Of a stretch of 46,587 nucleotides of DNA, positions 1 to 8,505 are shown one piece after another. Within the stretch, counting starts at the first letter, position 1; the number at the start of each line of letters is the position of its first letter. The stretch is taken from positions 1 to 46,587 of IMG/VR virus record IMGVR_UViG_3300042363_001419. One strand, 5' to 3'. Both the position numbers and the translations under genes were made by a program. The notes below the pieces were generated by a model that saw only the letters and a list, made by a program, of their open reading frames with translations, was not told the origin of the DNA and made no database searches. Origin of the DNA: a virus. Lineage: Duplodnaviria; Caudoviricetes.

Positions 1-39
1 AATTTTGCCAATGTATGGCGTTGTGTTTTTAATAAACAT
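1..39 (-). CDS. 5' start of a gene running off the window (MFIKNTTPYIGKI...)
   Basis: ATG at 39-37 after an A-rich leader; frame open to the window edge. Confidence 0.45.
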   Translation of the reverse strand, partial: MFIKNTTPYIGKI

Positions 40-69
40 ATCTCTGTTTATTTTTTTTATTGAGTTACC

Positions 70-723
70 TCAATCAATCATCAGTCTCGATGCCTTGGCG
101 GAGAGGGAGGGATTCGAACCCCCAATTTCAAGATGGCGTATGTCATTTTCATACAGGACTACTAATTTATTTGGAAAGTTTTCCCATTTAGCTTGATCCT
201 TTTTCGTCTTGAAGCCCTTTACTTCAACATAACAATCTAAGTCGATCAAATAGAAGTCCGGGTAATATTTATGGGCTTCACCATTGAACATATAATTGAA
301 TGCTTCTGTGTTCGCTCTCCAGTTTATATTTTTTGAGTCAAAGTACTCGGCAACTCTGAACTCATAGGACGATCGTAAATAGACTGATCCAGCAATTGAA
401 CTGTCATACCATCCTTTGATTCCTCTACCGCTTCCAATTCGAAGTCCTCCAGCTAACGGATTAGCTTTCATTGACTCTGAAATCTTATTTCGTCTAAGTT
501 CTTCAGACTCAGGAGTCAAAGCTCGACCATTAGACTTGCCAGTCAGAGCTTGACTAATCTTTGGGTTTTTTCCAGTTTTAATTCCTTTATTCCAAGGAGT
601 AGTACCTTTTTTTCTTCCTCCAAGTCCTTTAGTCAGTCGGTTTGGATTAGCTTGACAATATCTTTCATGTGCGCTAATCCCTAATTTACTAACTTCTTTT
701 TTACAATAACTACAATGTTTCAT
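70..723 (-). CDS. Free-standing homing endonuclease-like protein (Zn finger + NUMOD3-like DNA-binding motifs + PD-(D/E)XK / TnsA-N-like nuclease)
   Basis: N-terminal CxxC...HxxxC; PWNKG and EELRRNKISESMK NUMOD-like motifs; RSSYE...YYPDFYL...YVEVKG nuclease motif. Confidence 0.75.
   Translation of the reverse strand: MKHCSYCKKEVSKLGISAHERYCQANPNRLTKGLGGRKKGTTPWNKGIKTGKNPKISQALTGKSNGRALTPESEELRRNKISESMKANPLAGGLRIGSGRGIKGWYDSSIAGSVYLRSSYEFRVAEYFDSKNINWRANTEAFNYMFNGEAHKYYPDFYLIDLDCYVEVKGFKTKKDQAKWENFPNKLVVLYENDIRHLEIGGSNPSLSAKASRLMID
96..123 (-). pseudogene. 3' fragment of a tRNA-Ser gene (T-arm, acceptor 3' strand, G discriminator, CCA)
   Basis: Minus strand GGGGG-TTCGAAT-CCCTC-CCTCTCC-G-CCA; no matching 5' half (GGAGAGG + D-arm) seen nearby; overlaps the endonuclease C-terminus. 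Confidence 0.75.
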
Positions 724-726
724 GAA

Positions 727-736
727 GTTATTTATA
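727..736 (-). promoter_or_regulatory. T4-like late promoter TATAAATAAC
   Basis: Exact TATAAATA box 5 nt upstream of the endonuclease ATG. Confidence 0.7.
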
Positions 737-780
737 AATCAAGAGCGTCGCATTTCACTAAGTACGATTTCTTATTTGCT

Positions 781-957
781 TTAAATACCGTTTTCTAGTT
801 CCTTAGTTAGAAGGTTGATTGTTGATTCAATCTGATCGCCAATACTTTGATTATGAAATTTTTCAATCTCAAGCATTTCTAAGTAATCTAACTTGATCTT
901 AGTGTTTGCATCACCGTGCTGGATTTCAACAGTGATTATTGTTTTTTGCTTTGCCAT
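781..957 (-). CDS. Hypothetical protein, 58 aa (MAKQKTIITVEIQHGD...)
   Basis: Read by hand; fills the gap co-directionally. Confidence 0.65.
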   Translation of the reverse strand: MAKQKTIITVEIQHGDANTKIKLDYLEMLEIEKFHNQSIGDQIESTINLLTKELENGI

Positions 958-973
958 GGTTATAGGTTTCTAA

Positions 974-1819
974 TTATTTTACGTTGTACAACATGTTAGT
1001 ACCTGCTCCCAATTGAGTGCTTGGTAATACACCATTCCACTTATTGATCCACTCAAGCTGTAATAATAATGGAGTCAACGTTACTTGCTTCATTCGGTTG
1101 GCTTCAGCTTCTGCCTTTGCTGCAGTTAACATTGCTTCTGCATTACCAGTTGCGGTTGCCACTTTGATTTTGGCTTGGGCTTCAGCAGTCTTAACTTGGT
1201 TTTCAGCAGTTAATGCTGTTTGCACTGCATTATTCTTAGCCTCAATTGCACGTTTAAATGTTTCAGGATAGATTAAGTTTGAAGTCAATTGGCTGATAAC
1301 AAAACCTTCTTTTAACAAATTGGCATCTAATGTAGCTCTTACTCGGGTTTCAAAGATTTGACGATTTGAGATTAACTCTTCTGCTGTGTAAGCATTGGCT
1401 GTCATTCTAAAGGCATCATAAATAGTTGTCTTTAAGAATCCATCTTCAATATCACCTAATTCTCTACGATACTTTGCAAAGATAAAAGGTACTTTCTCAC
1501 GTTCAACTGCATAGTTAATAATTGGCGAAACATGAAATTCAGATCCATCTTTAGAGTTTACTACAAATGAGTTGTCTAAGTCTTCAACTTTCTTATACTC
1601 TTTGTGTTGCATGAATGTTGGAAACTCATAAATCTTTGTTGTCAATGGATTATAAAATACCCATCCTGTACATTCAGTTACATCGCCAACGCCTTTGCCC
1701 GATCCATACATATTAACTTTTACACCTACATGGCCAGCGTCAATACGCTCACATGAACTAATTAAGAAGATTGATCCAAAGACCAATGCGACTAATACTA
1801 CGATTGCTTTAATTTTCAT
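974..1819 (-). CDS. SPFH/Band 7/prohibitin family membrane protein
   Basis: N-terminal hydrophobic segment, IDAGHVGVKV motif, C-terminal AEA-rich coiled coil, KWNGVLP ending. Confidence 0.9.
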   Translation of the reverse strand: MKIKAIVVLVALVFGSIFLISSCERIDAGHVGVKVNMYGSGKGVGDVTECTGWVFYNPLTTKIYEFPTFMQHKEYKKVEDLDNSFVVNSKDGSEFHVSPIINYAVEREKVPFIFAKYRRELGDIEDGFLKTTIYDAFRMTANAYTAEELISNRQIFETRVRATLDANLLKEGFVISQLTSNLIYPETFKRAIEAKNNAVQTALTAENQVKTAEAQAKIKVATATGNAEAMLTAAKAEAEANRMKQVTLTPLLLQLEWINKWNGVLPSTQLGAGTNMLYNVK

Positions 1820-1831
1820 TTATTTTTGTGG

Positions 1832-2038
1832 TTATTTAAAAAAGAATTCAAATGTTTGTTTAATAATTGTGATGTTAACTTGGTGCATAATTAGCCATTT
1901 TATCCAGGCTAACGGGGCAAAGAAAAAATCAAGTATAGCCCAAACCAAGCTATTATGAATTTGATACCCAATCATTGCAGTCATCAGACACAGGATTGGA
2001 TATACTATATCAACTCCTCGATTAGACTTCTCGCTCAT
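1832..2038 (-). CDS. Small membrane protein
   Basis: 68 aa, two hydrophobic segments. Confidence 0.65.
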   Translation of the reverse strand: MSEKSNRGVDIVYPILCLMTAMIGYQIHNSLVWAILDFFFAPLAWIKWLIMHQVNITIIKQTFEFFFK

Positions 2039-2249
2039 CGTCTTCCTCTAGTATTTTAATGAATACTTTTAGTACGTACCGGTAGAATGCCCAACCTAGC
2101 AAAAAGAATAGGGTTGATATTATTAAAACTCCTAACCAGAAAAGGTAAGTATCAGGTTGGTTCATTAGATAGAATCCTAGATTTGGAATCTCAAATGCTA
2201 GCACGATAATTATAAACGTGAGCACTACTTTTTTAAGTTGTTCAGTCAT
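2022..2249 (-). CDS. Small two-TM membrane protein
   Basis: 75 aa, two hydrophobic helices, acidic tail. Confidence 0.7.
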   Translation of the reverse strand: MTEQLKKVVLTFIIIVLAFEIPNLGFYLMNQPDTYLFWLGVLIISTLFFLLGWAFYRYVLKVFIKILEEDDEREV

Positions 2250-2257
2250 ACAGATTA

Positions 2258-2941
2258 TTATACCAAGTTTTTGGAATTTGGTTCAACATTAACTTTAAAT
2301 GGATTTTCGTATCGTAGATCATATCGTAGGGTAACAGCTGATGCATTAATAAAAATGGTGCCGGCCATCTCTTCCTTACCCCAAGCCTCATGAATGTGGC
2401 CAAAGACGTGAACTTTTGGTTTTACCTGCTTGACCTTTTCAAGTAGCTTTGGACAACCTACATTTAACTTATCGTATTCGGTGAAATCTAAAATTCCATT
2501 TGGTGGACCATGAGTTATCAAGACATCAGTATCTTCAGGAATTAGGTCCCAGTGCTCGCCAATTTCGTTTTGAAAACGGTTGAATGCCCAGTTATGGAAA
2601 TACGGCGTGATGGGGCTGCCCCAGAATTTAATACCCTCAATCGTTACTCCACTATCATTTAAGTAGGTAATGCCTGGGTATTTTGCAAGTAGCTCCTTAA
2701 TCTCTTCAGGCTTTGCAATCTCAAAAAAGAAATCATGATTACCTGCAATCAGAATCTTATGCATATATGGTAAACTACTGAACCAATCTAAGAACTGGAT
2801 AACTTCACGTTCAGTTCCTCGACCACTTACATCGCCAGCGTGCACCAAGATGGGTCCACCGGGTAACATGTCAGTTAGGTCAGCTGTGTCTCGTTTATCT
2901 CTTACGAGCCAATGAGTGTCTGATATGAATGTGATTTCCAT
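2258..2941 (-). CDS. Calcineurin-like metallophosphoesterase (MPPED/239FB-like)
   Basis: SDTH, HAGD, AGNHD, THGPP and FGHIHE motifs. Confidence 0.9.
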   Translation of the reverse strand: MEITFISDTHWLVRDKRDTADLTDMLPGGPILVHAGDVSGRGTEREVIQFLDWFSSLPYMHKILIAGNHDFFFEIAKPEEIKELLAKYPGITYLNDSGVTIEGIKFWGSPITPYFHNWAFNRFQNEIGEHWDLIPEDTDVLITHGPPNGILDFTEYDKLNVGCPKLLEKVKQVKPKVHVFGHIHEAWGKEEMAGTIFINASAVTLRYDLRYENPFKVNVEPNSKNLV

Positions 2942-3217
2942 TTACGCTGAGTGTTTTTCGATTGCTTCAATAATTACAGATTTAGGTTTTCCACCGACCA
3001 TCTTTTCTACAACCTCCCCATTCTTCTCGAAAATAAGAGTTGGGATTCCGCGAACGTCATGTTTCTGCACAAAATCTGGGTCTTCATCGGCATTAACCTT
3101 TTTAATTTGGATTTGAGAATCTGGTACATTGTACTTTGCTGCCAATTCTTCAATTAACGGCATCATCGCTTTGCACGGGCCGCACCATGGAGCCCAAATG
3201 TCTGTTACTACTAGCAT
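2942..3217 (-). CDS. trxA: Thioredoxin
   Basis: WAPWCGPCK active site; VRGIPT cis-Pro motif. Confidence 0.92.
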   Translation of the reverse strand: MLVVTDIWAPWCGPCKAMMPLIEELAAKYNVPDSQIQIKKVNADEDPDFVQKHDVRGIPTLIFEKNGEVVEKMVGGKPKSVIIEAIEKHSA

Positions 3218-3220
3218 AGG

Positions 3221-3469
3221 TTAAGAAATAATTTTAGGATTAGTGGATTGAGGCTGTGCGTCCTTTACCTGAAACTGCTCATTCACATGAGAACATTTGG
3301 TACACGCAAAAGTTGGAACTGGAACAATCATGTCCTCAGCTGAACCTGTTAATAATTTAGAAATTCTACGTAGGTAACTTGCCTCACGGAACGTATCGTT
3401 TCCGCATGACTCGCATACGATTGGGCTTGAATTTTCAAGACCTACTCTAACTTGTTGTTGATCTGACAT
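3221..3469 (-). CDS. Zinc-ribbon protein
   Basis: CESC and CTKC pairs in 82 aa. Confidence 0.7.
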   Translation of the reverse strand: MSDQQQVRVGLENSSPIVCESCGNDTFREASYLRRISKLLTGSAEDMIVPVPTFACTKCSHVNEQFQVKDAQPQSTNPKIIS

Positions 3470-3511
3470 CTTTAATAGTTTAGACTATTCTACTAAAGAT
3501 GGTGAAAGAGT

Positions 3512-3976
3512 TTACGGAGTTGGCATCTTTTTAACTGCATCTTCTACTGCTCGTTTAACTGCAGTCGATAGAGTAGTACGGTCAAATGGAATCTGATCGT
3601 CCGCTAATTGGATAAACATCATTTGAGCAGAGGTCTCTTCAGCTCCCTTACCCTCGTATGTTAATCCACGAAAATGAATCTTGATTAGAGTTTCAGTTGT
3701 TTGAACTGCTCCGCCTACTCCGCCGAAGGTAAAGCTCTTTTTAGGAGTTCCTACATAGGCAACCTCGATCCCGACAGGTTCACCGGTTTGGCAGATGAGG
3801 TAATTATTAGATAAAGCTTCTTCGGTGATTTGGCGTATACCGAATGTGACCCTGCTATTCTTTAATTCCTTGATCTTAGCAGTTGTGTAAACTGTATCAA
3901 CCTTAACACAGGTTTGAGAATGGGCTCGGATTTGTACTCCAAGTATAAAGATTAGACAAAAAATAAACTGTTTCAT
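3512..3976 (-). CDS. Secreted protein; shortened paralog of the CsgG-like protein at 7751-8464
   Basis: Signal peptide; collinear motif matches to the 237-aa protein (ELKNSRVTFG/ELKDKRVGLG, IEV, QTT, DDQIPF/DDIKF). Confidence 0.65.
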   Translation of the reverse strand: MKQFIFCLIFILGVQIRAHSQTCVKVDTVYTTAKIKELKNSRVTFGIRQITEEALSNNYLICQTGEPVGIEVAYVGTPKKSFTFGGVGGAVQTTETLIKIHFRGLTYEGKGAEETSAQMMFIQLADDQIPFDRTTLSTAVKRAVEDAVKKMPTP

Positions 3977-3987
3977 ATTATTAATAT

Positions 3988-6279
3988 TTATTTGATTAGA
4001 CCTGTTTTTACAATATAGAAGTTAGAGGTACCTCCTGAGGTTAGACCGGTTGTAGTAAGAGCCTGAACTCCTGAATAAGTTGAAACCAGGTTGCTTGAAC
4101 TTGTATTAATGGTTGACCATTGACTTGCTGTAAAGATTCGATAGCTTGGTGCAGTATTGGGCCAAGTAAGTATCAGTCCGCTCTTTTTGGCATATATTAA
4201 AAATACATCAGCTATCGATAGGATTCCGTTAGAGTTTGCGTCCATTCGATAGTAATCCTTGGCTCCAAATGTCTGAGATAATACTTTTTGAGTAAATGAT
4301 TCTGCATCAGCTGCGGTCGGAGAATCTATTGTAACTGAATTTATTTTAATTATAAAATCATATTTACTAACGCTAATCGAAGTTGAGAATGAATAGGCTC
4401 CAGTTGATACAGTAGTTGAAGTACTTAGTTGTGCGTATGAAGTTTCAGCCTTTAACTTGTAGTAAAGCTCAACTAAAATATTTTGGATTCCAGTATTTTC
4501 AGCACTATACACATAACCTGAATAGGTAAATGGTGCAACGGTAATTGTACCAGCAGACGAGAATGCAGTTCCGCAGATTCCACTAGTTAATTGAGCTCTA
4601 AATAGCGTACCGTCTACTTGATTTGAATACGAATAGGTAGCAGCGGTATTTGTAATATCTGTCCAAGTTACACCTTCGTTTATTGATCTTTGCCATTTAA
4701 CAACAGTACCAGTATAACCGCTTAGTGTTAAAGTACCTGAGTTAGTAGAAGTTGCATGAACCGCTGACGAAACTGATCCGCCAGTCGGTGGAGTTCCTGA
4801 AGTTACCGTAATCGATTTACTAGTTGAATAGACTGCTGCTCCACAATTAGGTGTTTGAACTTCAACTCGATAATAATATGTGCCAGCTGATGAGATTGTT
4901 TGGTTTAAGCTGGTAGTGGTATTTGTAATATTTGTCCAAGTTACGTTATCAATTGATCTTTGCCATTTGTTTACATTACCTTGCTGTCCTGATAAAGTTA
5001 ATTCTGCCTGGCCTCCTGAACATATTGTATTGTTAGCCGCAAATACTGTACCAGAAAGAGTTGGCTTTACTGATAAAAATGTACTTGAAGTTGCGAGTCC
5101 GCTACACGAAACTGGACTGGTCGAGTTAACGATTGCTCTATAATATGTAGTCTTAGTTAAGTTAGTAACTGTTATGCTTGATGATGTGCTTGTTATTGTA
5201 GTACCTGCAGTAAAGAAATTATCAAAAGACGATTCCCATCTAACAACTGAACCTGACATACTATTAAGAGTTAGTGTTGTACTATTAGATCCTGAACATA
5301 CATTAATATCTCCGCCACTAATATAACCACTTGAACCATTTGATATTGTAATATTTCTAGTTGATATCGTTACGCTAGTAGTTAAATCTCCAGGCATATC
5401 TCCATATTCACAAATATAACCAGGTAGAGTGCTATTAGCTAAGTCATTCCATTGACCACTATTTGAAGAATAGAATTGACCAAAGGCTTCTGAAGTACCG
5501 TTTGGCTCTCCACCCGCCCATTTATGATACATACCAGATACTAAAGTTGTACTCGGTGTATTTCCATTTGAGAAGTTTTGACCTTTTTCAGGACCTGTAA
5601 CCCAATGCCACTTACCTTCAGCTGCTGATTGACTAGCATAAACGGTTGAACCTTTTGCGGTATTAATATAGTTATAATCATCTGAAGCTCCCATCCAAGC
5701 GTCATTTGCCATTAACTTCCAAACGAAGTTATTTTCTGCTTCTGACATCATTGTCGCTAAATAGCCAGCTCTACCAAAATATGATTTGGCTGATGACGCT
5801 GTATATGAATTTGTCCATGTAGTATTACCAGATACATATTCATAGAAGTGTGAAGTTAAAGGATTGTAATATACTAGTCCTGCAACAAATGTTACGCGTC
5901 TTTGATTTGCATAACAAGTAGTACTAGTAGATCTAAAAGTAACAGTTCTTAATAAGGTTTGCCAATTTGCTGCAGTGGTTGTACCATTGAAGCTTAAGAT
6001 TCCTGTGGTTGAATTCCATGACTGAGTAATTCCGGATGGCAAAGTTCCAGTATAACCTAGCACATCTCCACTTGTATAAGTTTGAGATATTTGAACTCTA
6101 AATCCAGTAATATTGTTGTTTGCCGTAATCGTTAAATTTGGATCAACTGTTGTTGCTGTATTATATGTTGCAGACAATGTTGAAGAGGTTCCACCTAACG
6201 TAACTGAAGTAGCTTGTGCTTGTGCTAATTTGGGAAATACTAAAATAAAAGCGAATAATATTAAAATAAACTGTCTCAT
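3988..6279 (-). CDS. Secreted adhesin-like protein: cadherin/Ig-like domain, C-type lectin domain, Ig-like repeats, C-terminal dockerin-like module
   Basis: Signal peptide; GYLAT..SEAEN, WMG, EGKW.W, EPN, WND, GYICEYG C-type lectin motifs; repeated V.KWQRS Ig units; MDANSNGILSIADV EF-hand/dockerin motif. Confidence 0.75.
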   Translation of the reverse strand: MRQFILILFAFILVFPKLAQAQATSVTLGGTSSTLSATYNTATTVDPNLTITANNNITGFRVQISQTYTSGDVLGYTGTLPSGITQSWNSTTGILSFNGTTTAANWQTLLRTVTFRSTSTTCYANQRRVTFVAGLVYYNPLTSHFYEYVSGNTTWTNSYTASSAKSYFGRAGYLATMMSEAENNFVWKLMANDAWMGASDDYNYINTAKGSTVYASQSAAEGKWHWVTGPEKGQNFSNGNTPSTTLVSGMYHKWAGGEPNGTSEAFGQFYSSNSGQWNDLANSTLPGYICEYGDMPGDLTTSVTISTRNITISNGSSGYISGGDINVCSGSNSTTLTLNSMSGSVVRWESSFDNFFTAGTTITSTSSSITVTNLTKTTYYRAIVNSTSPVSCSGLATSSTFLSVKPTLSGTVFAANNTICSGGQAELTLSGQQGNVNKWQRSIDNVTWTNITNTTTSLNQTISSAGTYYYRVEVQTPNCGAAVYSTSKSITVTSGTPPTGGSVSSAVHATSTNSGTLTLSGYTGTVVKWQRSINEGVTWTDITNTAATYSYSNQVDGTLFRAQLTSGICGTAFSSAGTITVAPFTYSGYVYSAENTGIQNILVELYYKLKAETSYAQLSTSTTVSTGAYSFSTSISVSKYDFIIKINSVTIDSPTAADAESFTQKVLSQTFGAKDYYRMDANSNGILSIADVFLIYAKKSGLILTWPNTAPSYRIFTASQWSTINTSSSNLVSTYSGVQALTTTGLTSGGTSNFYIVKTGLIK

Positions 6280-6281
6280 AG

Positions 6282-7751
6282 TTAAAGTATAAGTCTTGTT
6301 CCCATCGTTATTGTGTAGTTCAGCACATTCTGATTAAGAGCCCAGGCTCCTCCCCAGTTTACATTGAATCTAAAGTTCTTGGTTATCTTAATATTTGTAC
6401 CAATACTGGGTAACACAACGTATGGCGATTTTAATAAAAGGTCATTATAATAACTTACGTATGGTGCATAAACCGCAAGTGCCATTAGTTTAAGGTCAAA
6501 CCTTTTAGACACATTCCAATCATACATTCCTCCAGCGATTAAGGCAGTACCAGTAAAAGACTCTTTGTAAACTTGACCGAACGAGCCGGATGCCATGTAA
6601 ACAATCTTTAATTTCTTACTAACATTTAGCATTTGGCCAAATGCAATACTATTATAAATTGAGCCCTTACCTTCAAATCCAAGAGTTAGAGTATTTGAAA
6701 ATAGTGTAATTCGTTTAGGCTTCATCCACGCATAAAACATAGTAATGTTAGGACCTTTAATTGCAGTAGTATAGTCAAATATTACACCATGCGATCTCTT
6801 TTGATCGTATCTAACTGATGTGTAATTACCGTTAATCTTTCCACCAAATGCGACGTTACCGTCTTTAAAGTTAAAGCCAGCTAGGTCGCTGCCTGCAACT
6901 ACCATCGGTTTAATTGCATTCTTATTGGTAGACGGACTTGAATTATTAGGAGTGGCTTTAACTGCATTATTTGATCCACTTAGTCCATCAGTCTTCTTAT
7001 CTTCAGAGGTAGCTGTTTGATCTCCGGCTGAACCTTCGCCGCCTGATTCAGATTTATCCTTTGAGGTAGAAGATCCACCCGAACCTGATCCACTGGATCC
7101 ACCTGAGCCTGAGCCGCTACCACCTGAACCTGATCCACTGGATCCACCTGAGCCTGAGCCGCTACCACCTGAACCTGATCCACTGGATCCACCTGAGCCG
7201 CTACCACCTGAACCTCCGTCTCCGGAACCTGAACCGCTTGAACCTCCATCTCCTGAACCAGAGCCTGAGCCGCTACCACCTGAACCTCCAGAACCAGAGC
7301 CTGATCCAGATTTGTTCTTATCATCTGACGATCCGCCAGATGTAGTGGTTGGAGTTGAACTTGCAACTGAGGTGACTGCACCTAATGAGTTAACACTACC
7401 TAATGCATCGCTAATTGTTGTCAGTGATCCCATAATTGAAATCATTGTCATTGCTGTGCTTTGAGTTACATTTACTACAGTAGCCGTTCCTATTCCTGCA
7501 CAAGGAGATGTATTTTGATATGTTGTAAATACACTGCTTGCCCATGCATCAAATGCTCCATTTTGAAAGTCCGCAGCTGAAAACACCTTTACTTGATTGT
7601 AATAGGTTACAGCAACTGAGTTGGCTCCAGCTGGAATTAATATCTTCTCAATCGTTCCATTACATGGATTCACGTAGCTATAAGAAAAGGATTGGGCTTG
7701 AACCAATCCAGCAAATAGCATAAATGCAAGTAATGTGAGAAGTTTTTTCAT
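6282..7751 (-). CDS. Secreted protein with long Gly/Ser linker and probable C-terminal outer-membrane beta-barrel
   Basis: Signal peptide, ~80-aa G/S tract, C-terminal ~200 aa of alternating amphipathic strands. Confidence 0.65.
   Translation of the reverse strand: MKKLLTLLAFMLFAGLVQAQSFSYSYVNPCNGTIEKILIPAGANSVAVTYYNQVKVFSAADFQNGAFDAWASSVFTTYQNTSPCAGIGTATVVNVTQSTAMTMISIMGSLTTISDALGSVNSLGAVTSVASSTPTTTSGGSSDDKNKSGSGSGSGGSGGSGSGSGSGDGGSSGSGSGDGGSGGSGSGGSSGSGSGGSGSGSGGSSGSGSGGSGSGSGGSSGSGSGGSSTSKDKSESGGEGSAGDQTATSEDKKTDGLSGSNNAVKATPNNSSPSTNKNAIKPMVVAGSDLAGFNFKDGNVAFGGKINGNYTSVRYDQKRSHGVIFDYTTAIKGPNITMFYAWMKPKRITLFSNTLTLGFEGKGSIYNSIAFGQMLNVSKKLKIVYMASGSFGQVYKESFTGTALIAGGMYDWNVSKRFDLKLMALAVYAPYVSYYNDLLLKSPYVVLPSIGTNIKITKNFRFNVNWGGAWALNQNVLNYTITMGTRLIL
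7081..7209. repeat. 45-bp tandem repeat (2 exact copies + one 39-bp copy) encoding the Gly/Ser linker
   Basis: gaacctgatccactggatccacctgagcctgagccgctaccacct at 7081 and 7126; shortened copy at 7171. Confidence 0.9.
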
Positions 7752-8464
7752 TATTTCTTAAATATGCCCTTTTTAATTAATTTCTCAACAATGTGAGCAG
7801 AGGCATATTCAAGAGATTTCTTAGTTGAAATACCAATTGTTGATTGGTTAAATTTAATATCGTCAACATCTGATAAGATACTTGACATCTTAACAGTAGA
7901 AGCTTCTCCTAAACCTGAACCCATAATAATTTCGCCAGTTTCAGCATCAACAAATTTGATTTGTAAACCTAAGCGGGTTGTTTGAGTGGCTTGAGCAGAA
8001 CCCTTTGCTTTTATTACTTCATCTTCTGATACTGAGAAATCGTAAACTTCGATATAGACAAAGTACTTGGCTAATTTAATCTTGCCACGACCGTCCATTT
8101 TATTTTCGGTGAAGCCTTTATCGCTTGCCTTAAATTGGGCAATCATCTTCTCCTTAATTTCTAATTTATCTTCAGTAAATACAAATCGATTGGTGTATTC
8201 CAAATATTCTAATACAATATTAGTTAAACCTAGACCAACTCTTTTATCCTTTAATTCAGGATACATGTCATATAACTCTTGAGTAATTCCAATCTTTAGG
8301 ATCTGAATAGGAATTTGAATAGTATCAGTGTATGGTGGAAGCGAGTCAAGTGATTTCTCCTTTTCAAATCCCGCCTTGTATTTTTCGGTTTTGATTGATC
8401 CAATCTGAGCATTAGCAAAACTTGCTAAACAGAACAAAGCTGTCAATATTAATAATCTTTTCAT
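7751..8464 (-). CDS. csgG: CsgG/HfaB-family (curli-assembly pore-like) protein
   Basis: Signal peptide; GLTNIVLEYL..TNRFVFTE and LQIKFVDAETGEII motifs typical of the CsgG family; no lipobox Cys at the mature N-terminus. Confidence 0.65.
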   Translation of the reverse strand: MKRLLILTALFCLASFANAQIGSIKTEKYKAGFEKEKSLDSLPPYTDTIQIPIQILKIGITQELYDMYPELKDKRVGLGLTNIVLEYLEYTNRFVFTEDKLEIKEKMIAQFKASDKGFTENKMDGRGKIKLAKYFVYIEVYDFSVSEDEVIKAKGSAQATQTTRLGLQIKFVDAETGEIIMGSGLGEASTVKMSSILSDVDDIKFNQSTIGISTKKSLEYASAHIVEKLIKKGIFKK

Positions 8465-8475
8465 GTGTTTAAAGA

Positions 8476-8499
8476 AAGGGCGGTCCTAGGACCGCCCTT
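8476..8499. terminator. Perfect palindromic hairpin, probable intrinsic terminator/attenuator inside the envelope cluster
   Basis: AAGGGCGGTC-CTAG-GACCGCCCTT flanked by T/A tracts. Confidence 0.75.
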
Positions 8500-8505
8500 A
8501 TTTTT

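Noticed and set aside
96-123. Possible tmRNA 3' end (SmpB is present in the window)
   Set aside because: The discriminator is G and the acceptor strand is Ser-type CCTCTCC; tmRNA needs an Ala-like end with an A discriminator
5-196. Plus-strand 63-aa ORF containing AEREGFEP
   Set aside because: Antisense translation of the tRNA fragment and the endonuclease gene; not a real protein
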